NCBI GenBank assembly: GCA_036261085.1
Contig: DATALK010000184.1
Span: 1 to 43,255, forward strand
DNA: 43,255 nt
Direction of reading: 5' to 3'
Source: Phototrophicaceae bacterium
GTDB lineage: Bacteria; Chloroflexota; Anaerolineae; Aggregatilineales; Phototrophicaceae
Below, piece by piece: positions 8,318 to 16,842 of this stretch (position 1 is the first letter of the stretch; each line of letters opens with the position of its first letter). The position numbers were made by a program, and so were the translations under genes. The notes beneath the pieces are model-generated. The model was not told the DNA's origin and did not search any database. It worked only from the letters and a program-made list of their open reading frames with translations.

Positions 8318-9786
8318 GTCCGAACTCCTAACTCTTGAGAGACCAGCGTAAGGGCACTAATTATGGCGGACTGCACTACTAACGTCGGACAATACAAACA
8401 TTTACCAATCCATAAAGGCACATAAGGTGGAGCCTGATGTTCAGCCAACCAGGTCGCTCCGCGTCGCAGCACCGGCTCTGGCACGGGATGCCCATGCCGC
8501 CGCCAAACAACCAGGGCCTGCAAACAATAGGCCGTTTCTTCCGCCGATGCGCTGAACCACCCCCACGACCCATCAGGATTTTGTGAGGTTAAAATCCATG
8601 TGACCGCATCTTCAATTAAGTCATCCAGATAATCCACACAGGCAATAATCGCGTGCGTGGTAGGGTAATAAGGCGATACATGCCATTTATCGAACCAGAA
8701 TTGAGTGTTATACAGAAACCGCCGGATTTTCTGGACAGCGGGATGCTGTCGCTCAAATCCAGCTTGTCGCAGTGCCCCCAGAACATGAATGTTAGCGCTG
8801 ACGGAGGGATTAGCTTCTAACAGAAAACACTTAAAATAATCACTGCTCTCAAAAGCCATCAGGGGGCTTATATCCTGCTGCCGTCCATAGCGCAGCACCA
8901 CCTCACCAATTACGCTGGTCATATCTGAATCAGGCACACTATAACCCGCCCCATAGCCAGCGCCCTTATCCGGTATCCAGGCCGATTCCAGAAAATCGAG
9001 GTGCGGTTCAACCAACGCCTGAAGTTCACTATCCCCCGAATCGGCCAGGTGGAGATTCCACAAAGTCCAGGCCCGTTCAAAGTTATCAAACGGTGCGACA
9101 TCGGGGATACCGCCATCGCCATTACTTAGCCCTCGCAAATAGTTCATGGCAACCGCATCCTGGCGTATCTGGAGAACAAAATAGGCTGTTGCTGATGGAC
9201 TGTGCCCTAACGAACCATTCGCTTCCTGCAACCGGTCTACATCCAGCAATCGTTGCGAGTCAGTCCCGGCCATCTCCGCCGAAAAGGCCAGGGTCACATA
9301 ACGATTAATCAAACCACCCGGCAAGGCGTTCAATTTGGCCGCCCGCTGTTGGTCAAGCCGGGTCATCTCGCCATCTTCCCACCGCGTAATTAAACCTAAC
9401 GATTCGGCTTCGGCGAACAATGTTGGCGCAATCAATTCAAAACCAATGGTTTCAATCATCGCCTGGTTTCCTAACGTCCGAACCGTCGTCTCCAACGCCT
9501 CTTTGGCGCGGGCCAGGCGCGGCACATCCTGCTTCTCGCCACAATGTGCCAGAGTAACAGCCGCCGCCAACGTACAAATTAGCCGGTCATGGTAATAACC
9601 TGGGTTTTCCGCCCCCCAGCTACCGTCTGCTAATTGATGATGGCGCAGCCAAACCAGCGCTTCGTTACCAACCGGTTCATCCAGCTGAGACAGGCGGGCG
9701 ACCCAAGCGGTATCGTAAGCGGTACTCATCATGTGACCGGAACCAATTGTTTTTAATAAATCACGAGCATCGCGCAAAAGCCCCAT
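8311..9786 (-). CDS. Class II (beta-gamma) diterpene cyclase, Rv3377c / Haur_2145-like
   Basis: STAYDTAWVARL, QLADGSWG, IGFELI, QEANGS..SPSATA, DSDMTS (DxDD-type), DKWHVSPYYPT, QNPDGSWG, EETAY, LWIGKCLYCP. ATG 9786 with GGAG RBS. Confidence 0.9.
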   Translation of the reverse strand: MGLLRDARDLLKTIGSGHMMSTAYDTAWVARLSQLDEPVGNEALVWLRHHQLADGSWGAENPGYYHDRLICTLAAAVTLAHCGEKQDVPRLARAKEALETTVRTLGNQAMIETIGFELIAPTLFAEAESLGLITRWEDGEMTRLDQQRAAKLNALPGGLINRYVTLAFSAEMAGTDSQRLLDVDRLQEANGSLGHSPSATAYFVLQIRQDAVAMNYLRGLSNGDGGIPDVAPFDNFERAWTLWNLHLADSGDSELQALVEPHLDFLESAWIPDKGAGYGAGYSVPDSDMTSVIGEVVLRYGRQQDISPLMAFESSDYFKCFLLEANPSVSANIHVLGALRQAGFERQHPAVQKIRRFLYNTQFWFDKWHVSPYYPTTHAIIACVDYLDDLIEDAVTWILTSQNPDGSWGWFSASAEETAYCLQALVVWRRHGHPVPEPVLRRGATWLAEHQAPPYVPLWIGKCLYCPTLVVQSAIISALTLVSQELGVRTC

Positions 9787-9794
9787 TATCTCCC

Positions 9795-10724
9795 CTATAG
9801 TTCGTTGAATTGAGACGGTAGTTCGACCTGTGGTAACGGATACCAATAACCGCCACGCGGCTGCTTAGCCCCAATACCCAGTGTCTTACCCTGATTTAGT
9901 CGGTACAGTTCCCGCATGAGTGCCATATCGGTTGGCGTCAGTTCACTATAATCCGTTTCTTTCGCCCGCCGGGTAAAAAGATGATCGTAGAGAATTTCAC
10001 GCAGTTGGCGTTCCGTCAGGTATAAGGAAGGACTGACCGTAAAATACAGGTCTTCATTGCCGTCTGCCAGCAGCGGCACATCAAACTCGCAAAACTTATC
10101 AAACCCAATAAAAAGACCGAGCGGCGGCAGCTTTTCGCCATAATACATTTCCACTAGGTCGTGTTTATCCGGCGCGCGGCCATGTTCAGTATAATACCTG
10201 ATGCTGAGTTCAGCGGTAGTTTCAACCGCATCATTCGCACAAACCCCGAACAAAAGACGATGACCATCATAGGCGGCGGTTCTGGCCGTCACTGCCGCAA
10301 ATTGGTCTAACAAATACCGATACGGAGTGTCGGCAAAGAACTGACGGTAATCGCCATAAAAATGCACGCGCACCTGACACGCATCGTAGAAATTCAGAAA
10401 ATAGGGATGGCTGGTTAAAAGGGCTAATCCTTGCACCATCATCTCGATATAGTCTTGCCCACGTTCGCCCAAATCTGGGCCAAAAACAGGCGCCAAAAGC
10501 GTGTGAACACCATGATCGAAAAACAGGCGGCACAGTGACACCATCCGCTGAACCATCGTGTCCAGATAATCGGTAACAGCATCTTGCCCACTCAGCAAAT
10601 CCTGTTCCAGCATATACCAACGCCGGGTTCCGTTAATGGGAAAACCACAGACCAGCGGGCCGCTGGCTTGTACCAGTGCTGCGACTTCAGCTACCGACAA
10701 ATTGAGGAAAGTTTCCGAGTCCAT
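9795..10724 (-). CDS. Rv3378c-family diterpenyl-diphosphate transferase/synthase (cis-prenyltransferase fold)
   Basis: Collinear with Rv3378c as recalled: FL.L....VA..V...GP.V..FP.(N/D)GTRRW, F.HG...L.P.F, RG..YI, V.FYGDY, H.L.FGV..NDA.E, YYGE, FIGF..F..FD.PLL, LYFTV.PS.Y.TE..LR.ILYDH, DYS. Confidence 0.9.
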   Translation of the reverse strand: MDSETFLNLSVAEVAALVQASGPLVCGFPINGTRRWYMLEQDLLSGQDAVTDYLDTMVQRMVSLCRLFFDHGVHTLLAPVFGPDLGERGQDYIEMMVQGLALLTSHPYFLNFYDACQVRVHFYGDYRQFFADTPYRYLLDQFAAVTARTAAYDGHRLLFGVCANDAVETTAELSIRYYTEHGRAPDKHDLVEMYYGEKLPPLGLFIGFDKFCEFDVPLLADGNEDLYFTVSPSLYLTERQLREILYDHLFTRRAKETDYSELTPTDMALMRELYRLNQGKTLGIGAKQPRGGYWYPLPQVELPSQFNEL

Positions 10725-10750
10725 AAATCCGAGTTCCTTGTTTTGGATAA

Positions 10751-12115
10751 CTAAGTGTGTTGTGTGAATACAGACGTATATCCAGTGGCTTCGACGTCAG
10801 ATGAACCAAACGCTATCGGCCACAACCGGCGGATAACAAACAGATAAAAAATAACCGTTGTGACCATAACAACGGGTAGATAAATGCTGATATCCGTTAG
10901 CACGTAGGATTCAGGGGTAATCACTTCCTCTCCCAGCGCCAGATAACTGATAAGCTGCATCATATCCACCAGGGCATATGGCAAAAAGACTAACCAGACC
11001 ACAAATTTTGTTTTTCGACCTTTTAGCGTTGCCAGCAGATAGGTAAAAATGACAATCCCGAGCGCCAGTTCCCACACAATATCCAACCAGATAAACGCGG
11101 CCAGATACAGGGCAAAAGCGGCATCCAGGCCATTTTGAGCGGTAAACTTCAACGGCTTGCGCAGGCAGTGCAGGCCAATCACGCCCAACGGGATGAGCAG
11201 CATAATTTTTACCGCCAGCGCCAGCGTTAATGTACTGGCACTCTCACCAAACAAATAAATCAGAATTTGCAGGATGGAGTGGTTGTAACCCAAAAATGGC
11301 ATCTCTGGGCCGCGCCAGGGGAAATGCCCGCTGCCCATACTCGCCAGCAGTTGAAAGTACGCTTGATATTGTTCCATGCCGTAGGGCGGCCCAACCAACA
11401 AAATGGTCACGCCAACAATCGCGGCATATAGCCCCAGACTCAGCGCCATCAATCGGATAAAAAAGCGCGGTTGTCCGAGCAGCAGGGGCAGCGCCCCCAA
11501 CAACACCCACTGGGGCTTGGTATGAATGGCGATGGTAAACCATAAAACCGCCCAGCCCAGCTTATTTGCCAGAATCGCGTCAATAATCAACGAACCGAGC
11601 AGGGCCATCAAAATATAAACATTCAGATACGCCAGATCGCTCCAAAAAGTCCCAAAGACGAGCCAGATTGGCAGCGTTTTTGCCAACATAACATTGGCCG
11701 ACTCCAATTTCAACCGCTGGAAAATCCGCCCCCATAACAAGTACAACAGAACGTAAATCGCCACATGAACCACAGTACTGACGCCAGCGACCACCATTGG
11801 CGGAAACCACACCAGTGGGGTCAAGACCAGCGCATACGCGGGCGGATATTGGTACAGTTCCATATGTTCCAGTGGAATCGGCGGATATAAATTTTCGTGC
11901 CGTTGCAGATGGTCAATGGCCTCCAGGTACAGGCGTAAATCATCCGGCAGCGAAGGCGTCGCCGATAAAGTTTCGGACGGGGTCATCAGGCCCAACAGCA
12001 GCACAATCTGCATAACGAACCGCAGCGCCGCATAAATCAGCGCGCCCATCAAAAGGCGATTGTACCACTTGGATTCGGCCTGGTACTGCCGGATATAGTG
12101 CAGTTGATTAAACAT
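10751..12115 (-). CDS. GT-C membrane glycosyltransferase, GT87/DUF2029-like
   Basis: DLRLYLEA...ENLY...LYQYPPAYALVLTPL, N..IL, AIHTKPQ, NHSI motifs; multiple TM helices. Confidence 0.8.
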   Translation of the reverse strand: MFNQLHYIRQYQAESKWYNRLLMGALIYAALRFVMQIVLLLGLMTPSETLSATPSLPDDLRLYLEAIDHLQRHENLYPPIPLEHMELYQYPPAYALVLTPLVWFPPMVVAGVSTVVHVAIYVLLYLLWGRIFQRLKLESANVMLAKTLPIWLVFGTFWSDLAYLNVYILMALLGSLIIDAILANKLGWAVLWFTIAIHTKPQWVLLGALPLLLGQPRFFIRLMALSLGLYAAIVGVTILLVGPPYGMEQYQAYFQLLASMGSGHFPWRGPEMPFLGYNHSILQILIYLFGESASTLTLALAVKIMLLIPLGVIGLHCLRKPLKFTAQNGLDAAFALYLAAFIWLDIVWELALGIVIFTYLLATLKGRKTKFVVWLVFLPYALVDMMQLISYLALGEEVITPESYVLTDISIYLPVVMVTTVIFYLFVIRRLWPIAFGSSDVEATGYTSVFTQHT

Positions 12116-12132
12116 CGCGTCCCTGAGGCTTC

Positions 12133-13170
12133 CTAGTTAGCAGCTAATTGATGGACGACATATCGAAGCACAGGGTTGCTGGCCGCAAACACAATTTGGT
12201 TATTATGATTGGCCTGAAAACCAAGCCGCTGCTTGATTTCATAAGCGCCAGTGCCGCCGTACAGCACCCGCCCCCCTGCCGCCAGTACAGACCGGATCGC
12301 TTCATACAACAACTGAAAATAAACATAATTAACGCTGTAGTCCAGACCCAATAACGCCAGGGTATAAACATCCCCATCGCCCAATACCAGACCACAACCA
12401 ACCAGGCGCTCATCCATGCGCGCGGTAATCCAGATGGGCTGCGCCAGGCCCGCGTTTGCCAATATCTGGCGCGTATACGGATGCGGCGCGGAGTTATATT
12501 TACAATTAACGGCGTCAATCAATCGCACCGCTTCATCTATCCGGCTTACTTCCGCTGCCGTCTCGATCACAATTCCCAGATCACGCGCGCGGTTGCCGTG
12601 CCGGTGATAATCCTTGCGCGCGGACTTATCCAACCGGCTCAGATACCCCTCAAAATCTTCACCGTCGAACTGTAAAACAGTTTCCGCTTCCGAGAACTGA
12701 TAGGTATCAAAGGCAGCGGGAGCTGTCAATGCCGGTTCTAAATAATCAAAAATCACAAACGAGGCCCGGGACTGCCGGGCCATCTGCAAACCGAACTGGG
12801 TCAACTGCTCGAAGGCCGCCCGGCGCAACGTTTTATCAGCCGGTAAAATAAGACCGGCGGCTTTTGCCAGCGGCGAACGGCAGAAAAACAACGGCGCACG
12901 GTAAAAGGCGTGCCGCGCCAATGATCGCAGCGGGCTGGACTTAATCGGCAGCGGTTCTTTCCGTGTCAGCCAGAAGGTGGCCCGCGCTACCGGTTCCCCA
13001 TCCCAATCCAGGGTAACATAAGTCGGAGCATCATCAGCCAACACTGTTTCACCAAACCGATACCAGTGGTAACTGGTAAATGGCATCTTCTGACTCAGGA
13101 AATCCCACTGTTCCTGGCCGATTTCCGCTACCCGCCGCATAACCCGAATATCAGGGTTGAAGTCCAACAT
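12133..13170 (-). CDS. Tandem-GNAT (FemAB / Acetyltransf_6-like) acyl or aminoacyl transferase
   Basis: EQWD.L...PF....W, DFEGYLSRLDKSARK, LGLDY...YVYFQLLYEAI..V......LYGG.GAYEIKQRLGF. Likely ATG 13170. Confidence 0.75.
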   Translation of the reverse strand: MLDFNPDIRVMRRVAEIGQEQWDFLSQKMPFTSYHWYRFGETVLADDAPTYVTLDWDGEPVARATFWLTRKEPLPIKSSPLRSLARHAFYRAPLFFCRSPLAKAAGLILPADKTLRRAAFEQLTQFGLQMARQSRASFVIFDYLEPALTAPAAFDTYQFSEAETVLQFDGEDFEGYLSRLDKSARKDYHRHGNRARDLGIVIETAAEVSRIDEAVRLIDAVNCKYNSAPHPYTRQILANAGLAQPIWITARMDERLVGCGLVLGDGDVYTLALLGLDYSVNYVYFQLLYEAIRSVLAAGGRVLYGGTGAYEIKQRLGFQANHNNQIVFAASNPVLRYVVHQLAAN

Positions 13171-13231
13171 TACAAACCTTATGACTGAGGAACTAAAATT
13201 TAATAGGTTTAATAGCAACTGCCCTACTCAA

Positions 13232-13254
13232 ATTATATGAGAATCTGGGAGAAT
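13232..13254 (-). promoter_or_regulatory. Candidate promoter of the diterpene operon
   Basis: Perfect TATAAT (13237-13232) directly preceded by the direct repeat ATTCTC-ccag-ATTCTC; no good -35. Confidence 0.4.
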
Positions 13255-13331
13255 TTACGTTAAGATTCGCGGACATCAGTACTATACGACTATTATCCTA
13301 AATTTTGTAAATAATAGAGAAGATGGAATTT

Positions 13332-13363
13332 AAAAAGGGTCGAGCAGACTACTCGACCCTTTT
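13332..13363 (-). terminator. Rho-independent terminator (bidirectional geometry)
   Basis: AAAAGGGTCGAG-7nt-CTCGACCCTTTT, 8 nt past the stop at 13372; insulates the diterpene operon. Confidence 0.85.
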
Positions 13364-13371
13364 GGTCTCAT

Positions 13372-14700
13372 TCATTTATTTAAAGGGCTGTGAATCATAC
13401 AGACCCCGGTGGCACACTCATCCGGGAAGCGGGTTCGCCGGTCAGCAATCCAACGGTAAACTTGCGGTCCAATCGCTGATGCCAGCGGCAGATAAGTTAA
13501 GATGACCAGCGGCCAGAACGCTGGAAGCCGCTTCCAAATCTCGCGGAAAGCCTGGTAGCCCGTACAAATCGTGTTATCCGGCAGCAGGATGTGCATTTCC
13601 TGCAAGCCAGCAGCCAGGGTTATTTCCGGGTGGAGCATGTGCAGCCGGGACCAATGCGTTTCCAGCGCATAGTATTCCAACCGCTCGCCCCAATCAAAAT
13701 AGTTCAGCGTGGTCATGGAACGAATACATAATGGACAGCGACCATCAAAAAAGATCGCGGGTTTACGGGTTGGTGCGCTTCGTTGGAAATGTTCCGCCAC
13801 CCGATTCCAGGGAATAAATACCGCGTACAATGCCAAGAACGTAAAGAAGGGCGCGCGCTGAATGAGGTAAATACTGGTGTGAAACAGCACTCCAAACGGA
13901 ATGTAAAACCAGACTAATTGCGGGAACAGCACGACCAGAAAAAATGTCAATTCAAAGATAATGCTCACGCACGATAAAATCACGGCCAGCCCGGTACTCT
14001 GGCTTAACCACACGCCCAACGGACTGCCCCAACGCAAGCCATCTTGCAGCATATAATATTGGAGCGTGTAGCCATTCATCCAATCCAGGTGACCAGCACC
14101 GGTGGTCATTTTGCTGATCGTCGCGGATAAATAAATCAATACGAACAACCACTGCACCAATCGCAGCGGCCAAAGTGCCAACCGGCTTTGTTCCTGGGTC
14201 ACGAGCGCGGGTTGAAACTGTGACTCGGCGGCATTCTGTTTCTGGCGGCGCATCAAATCATCCACCGAGAGTACCGCGCCGCACGGGCTGAACGCCAGGG
14301 CCACCAGCGCGATCATCATAATCGCTTCCGGGTGATGAAACTCACCGAACGAATACAAAAACGCCTGCATAAACAGCGCGCCCACAGCAAAACCAAACAG
14401 GGTGTAATTGGTCTTAAAACCAATCAAGGCCGCGACTCCGGCCACAATCGTGAGCATAAAAATCAGGGAAAGTAAGGAGGCTGACGGGCGCAAACCCGTA
14501 CCAAGAGTGAGCAGGCGCAGTACCGGCAGCGGTTGGTACAAAAAATCCGGCGTGGTCGCCCGCAGCATCAACGCCGTATGATGCCCGCTGACCAGCAGCC
14601 AGAAAACCTGAAAGCCGACGACGATTAACCGCGTGACCGCCAGATTAAACAGGGATGCAGGGGGAAACCAGTAACGTTCCCATACTTTTAGAACGTTCAT
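13372..14700 (-). CDS. HTTM-like membrane protein fused to a DCC1/DUF393 thiol-disulfide oxidoreductase domain
   Basis: N-terminal W..YWF.P....NLA..R, YSFGEFHH, LSVD, IYLSATISK, W.NG.TLQ; C-terminal FFDGRCPLC, EMHI, GY.AF, YRWIADRR. Confidence 0.75.
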   Translation of the reverse strand: MNVLKVWERYWFPPASLFNLAVTRLIVVGFQVFWLLVSGHHTALMLRATTPDFLYQPLPVLRLLTLGTGLRPSASLLSLIFMLTIVAGVAALIGFKTNYTLFGFAVGALFMQAFLYSFGEFHHPEAIMMIALVALAFSPCGAVLSVDDLMRRQKQNAAESQFQPALVTQEQSRLALWPLRLVQWLFVLIYLSATISKMTTGAGHLDWMNGYTLQYYMLQDGLRWGSPLGVWLSQSTGLAVILSCVSIIFELTFFLVVLFPQLVWFYIPFGVLFHTSIYLIQRAPFFTFLALYAVFIPWNRVAEHFQRSAPTRKPAIFFDGRCPLCIRSMTTLNYFDWGERLEYYALETHWSRLHMLHPEITLAAGLQEMHILLPDNTICTGYQAFREIWKRLPAFWPLVILTYLPLASAIGPQVYRWIADRRTRFPDECATGVCMIHSPLNK

Positions 14701-15173
14701 CAGTCCACCTCTACTTGTTTGATAATCTCGGTTTTACCGTCTTGCCAGCCGTCTTTGCCTAAAACCATCGCCTTATTTTCCAGGCGCAAACCTGATAATT
14801 GCCGGTTGACGCGAGCGTGATAGGCCGTGACATAGGTTTTAATCAGCGCGCGGTCTTCGGTTAAGAGCGCTTCAACGACTGCCGGAAACTGAAATACGGT
14901 CAGGCCCAAATCCTGCGGCTGAATCATAACCTCCCGGCCATTCGGCAAAAGGCCATAGACGCTGTATTGATTTAAGGTCTCCCCCGGATAGTGCGGCAAA
15001 CTGTACATGGGATAATGGACAAACGGCCAACCTGCCGGTTCACACACCAATTGAGGCCAGCCAAACCGTGCCGGGGGGCAAAGCAGGCGAAACGTCACCG
15101 CTGCCTGAAATACCAAAACCAACCCAACACCCAATGAAATGATCGGCATTGCCGCCTTTTTGATGCGCTCCAT
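14700..15173 (-). CDS. Membrane-anchored hypothetical protein, partner of the HTTM gene
   Basis: GGAGG RBS; N-terminal TM; WPFVHYPMYS motif; TGATG 1-nt overlap with the downstream gene. Confidence 0.7.
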   Translation of the reverse strand: MERIKKAAMPIISLGVGLVLVFQAAVTFRLLCPPARFGWPQLVCEPAGWPFVHYPMYSLPHYPGETLNQYSVYGLLPNGREVMIQPQDLGLTVFQFPAVVEALLTEDRALIKTYVTAYHARVNRQLSGLRLENKAMVLGKDGWQDGKTEIIKQVEVD

Positions 15174-15399
15174 ATACGCCTCCTTTTAATACCGGCATTA
15201 ATCTCAACCACCGTTACGCCGCCGCGTTATCGCTTGACCTTTTAAGCCTGGCGATTCTTAGGGGCCATAGCATCCGGCTGCCAGAATCCAAACCACCCCA
15301 GTGGGCGACATCGTTGTTATCCATGATTTAGGGGAAGTGGACGGGGATCAAACTGACGGTTCTCACGGCTAAAAACCGCCCTATCGCTATAAAAGGAAC

Positions 15400-15427
15400 G
15401 GGCAGTCCATCAATCAGACTGCCCTAC
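15400..15427 (-). repeat. GTAG-family REP palindrome
   Basis: Minus strand GTA-GGGCAGTC-tgattgatg-GACTGCCC directly after the GT2 stop. Confidence 0.7.
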
Positions 15428-15433
15428 CTGAAA

Positions 15434-16459
15434 TCATTCCCAGAGATCTTCCGCCGTGCGTTCCAAACGTTCGCGCACCATATAGATAGGCCGCCCTCGC
15501 GGTTCGTAATACACCCGCATCACCAGTTCTGCCACCAGACCGGTGCTGATGAGTTGAATGCCCAGGATGACCAGCACCACTGCCAACAGCAGCAGCGGGC
15601 GATCACCAATCCCCTCACCCACAAAAAACTTAACATAGGCGAGATACAATCCCATCATTGCGCCTAGACCCGTCACCACAAACCCCAGCCCACCAAAAAC
15701 ATGCAGCGGCTTAGTTGCAAAACGCAGCAAAAAGCTCACGGTAATCAAGTCCAGAATGACGCGGAAAGTCCGGCCAATGCCGTATTTACTTTTACCAAAC
15801 CGGCGGGCGCGATCATTAACAGGCACTTCCGCAATCCTGACCCCCATCCAACTGGCAAGCGCCGGAATAAACCGGTGGAGTTCGCCGTACAGCCGGACAT
15901 TTTTAACCACATCCCGATGATAGGCTTTTAATGTACAGCCATAATCATGCAGCGCGACGTGGGTTGTACGAGAAATCAGGCGGTTTGCCAGCATGGATGG
16001 CAGACGGCGGCTAAAAAATGGCTCTTTGCGGTTCATCCGCCAACCACTGACAATATCATAACCCTCTTCGAATTTCTCCAGCAGTTGGGGAATATCATGC
16101 GGATCATTCTGAAGGTCGGCATCAGTTGTAATCACTATCCGCCCCTGAGCCGCCTCAAAACCAGCGGCCATCCCCGCCGTCTGCCCAAAGTTCTGCCGCA
16201 GTCGGATAATGCGCCAGCGCGGATCATGCTCGTGGACCGTTTTCAATCGGGCGAAACTCTCATCCCGGCTGCCATCATCCACCACAATAACTTCGTAGCT
16301 GTAGGGGAGCTGACTCAAAACTTCGGTTAGCTCGTTATACAACGAAGGAATACTCTCCGCCTCATTATAGAGCGGGATAACTACCGAAATATCGGTTGTA
16401 GTTTCATCTAAGATAAACGGTCCGACGTGTTGGTTAATTGAAAGTATCTTCTGTTCCAC
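15434..16459 (-). CDS. GT2 polyprenol-phosphate glycosyltransferase (ArnC/GtrB-like)
   Basis: SVVIPLYNE, VDDGSRD, NFGQTA, DADLQNDP, HDYGCTLKAY, ELHRFIP, two C-terminal TMs. GTG 16459 with GGAG RBS. Confidence 0.9.
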   Translation of the reverse strand: MEQKILSINQHVGPFILDETTTDISVVIPLYNEAESIPSLYNELTEVLSQLPYSYEVIVVDDGSRDESFARLKTVHEHDPRWRIIRLRQNFGQTAGMAAGFEAAQGRIVITTDADLQNDPHDIPQLLEKFEEGYDIVSGWRMNRKEPFFSRRLPSMLANRLISRTTHVALHDYGCTLKAYHRDVVKNVRLYGELHRFIPALASWMGVRIAEVPVNDRARRFGKSKYGIGRTFRVILDLITVSFLLRFATKPLHVFGGLGFVVTGLGAMMGLYLAYVKFFVGEGIGDRPLLLLAVVLVILGIQLISTGLVAELVMRVYYEPRGRPIYMVRERLERTAEDLWE

Positions 16460-16559
16460 AACCCTATCTCCATCCCTGACAACCACTAAAAACCGTACCG
16501 GAATGCACACGCTACCATCGCCAGCAACCGCTGCGCCAACAAGTCTTTTTACGTTCTTT

Positions 16560-16830
16560 AGATTTTGCCTGATTTTAACTTGCAAAAAACTTAATTGAGG
16601 AAATGAAAATTTTCTTGTTTTAAGAAGTTAAATTGTAACACACCTTTTCGCTTTTTTGATTCAATCCCCAATACTGTCCTAAATTGAGGGCTTATTCCAA
16701 TTTTAAACTTATCAATCTCATTATTTTTATTTAATGAAAGCCAAAAATAGTTGTAAGGTTTATGCAAGTCGTAAATTTTATACTCGCGCCAAAAAGTTTC
16801 AGGTTTATTGTAATTCACAAAATGGATGGG
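16560..16830. promoter_or_regulatory. Very AT-rich divergent promoter region
   Basis: Poly-A/T tracts between the divergent GT2 and methyltransferase starts. Confidence 0.55.
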
Positions 16831-16842
16831 ATTGAAGTTTTG

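Noticed and set aside
8311-9786. Squalene-hopene cyclase / hopanoid locus
   Set aside because: Too short (~490 aa), has the diterpene-cyclase STAYDTAW and DKWH.SPYY motifs, is paired with an Rv3378c homologue, and no hpn genes are present.
16460-16585. N-terminal extension of GT2, or a frameshift near the out-of-frame ATG at ~16407
   Set aside because: An in-frame GTG at 16459 has a GGAG RBS and the frame is open, so no frameshift is needed.
16591-16818. 75-aa ORF in the AT-rich stretch
   Set aside because: Low-complexity K/N/F composition, no motif, lies in a divergent promoter region.
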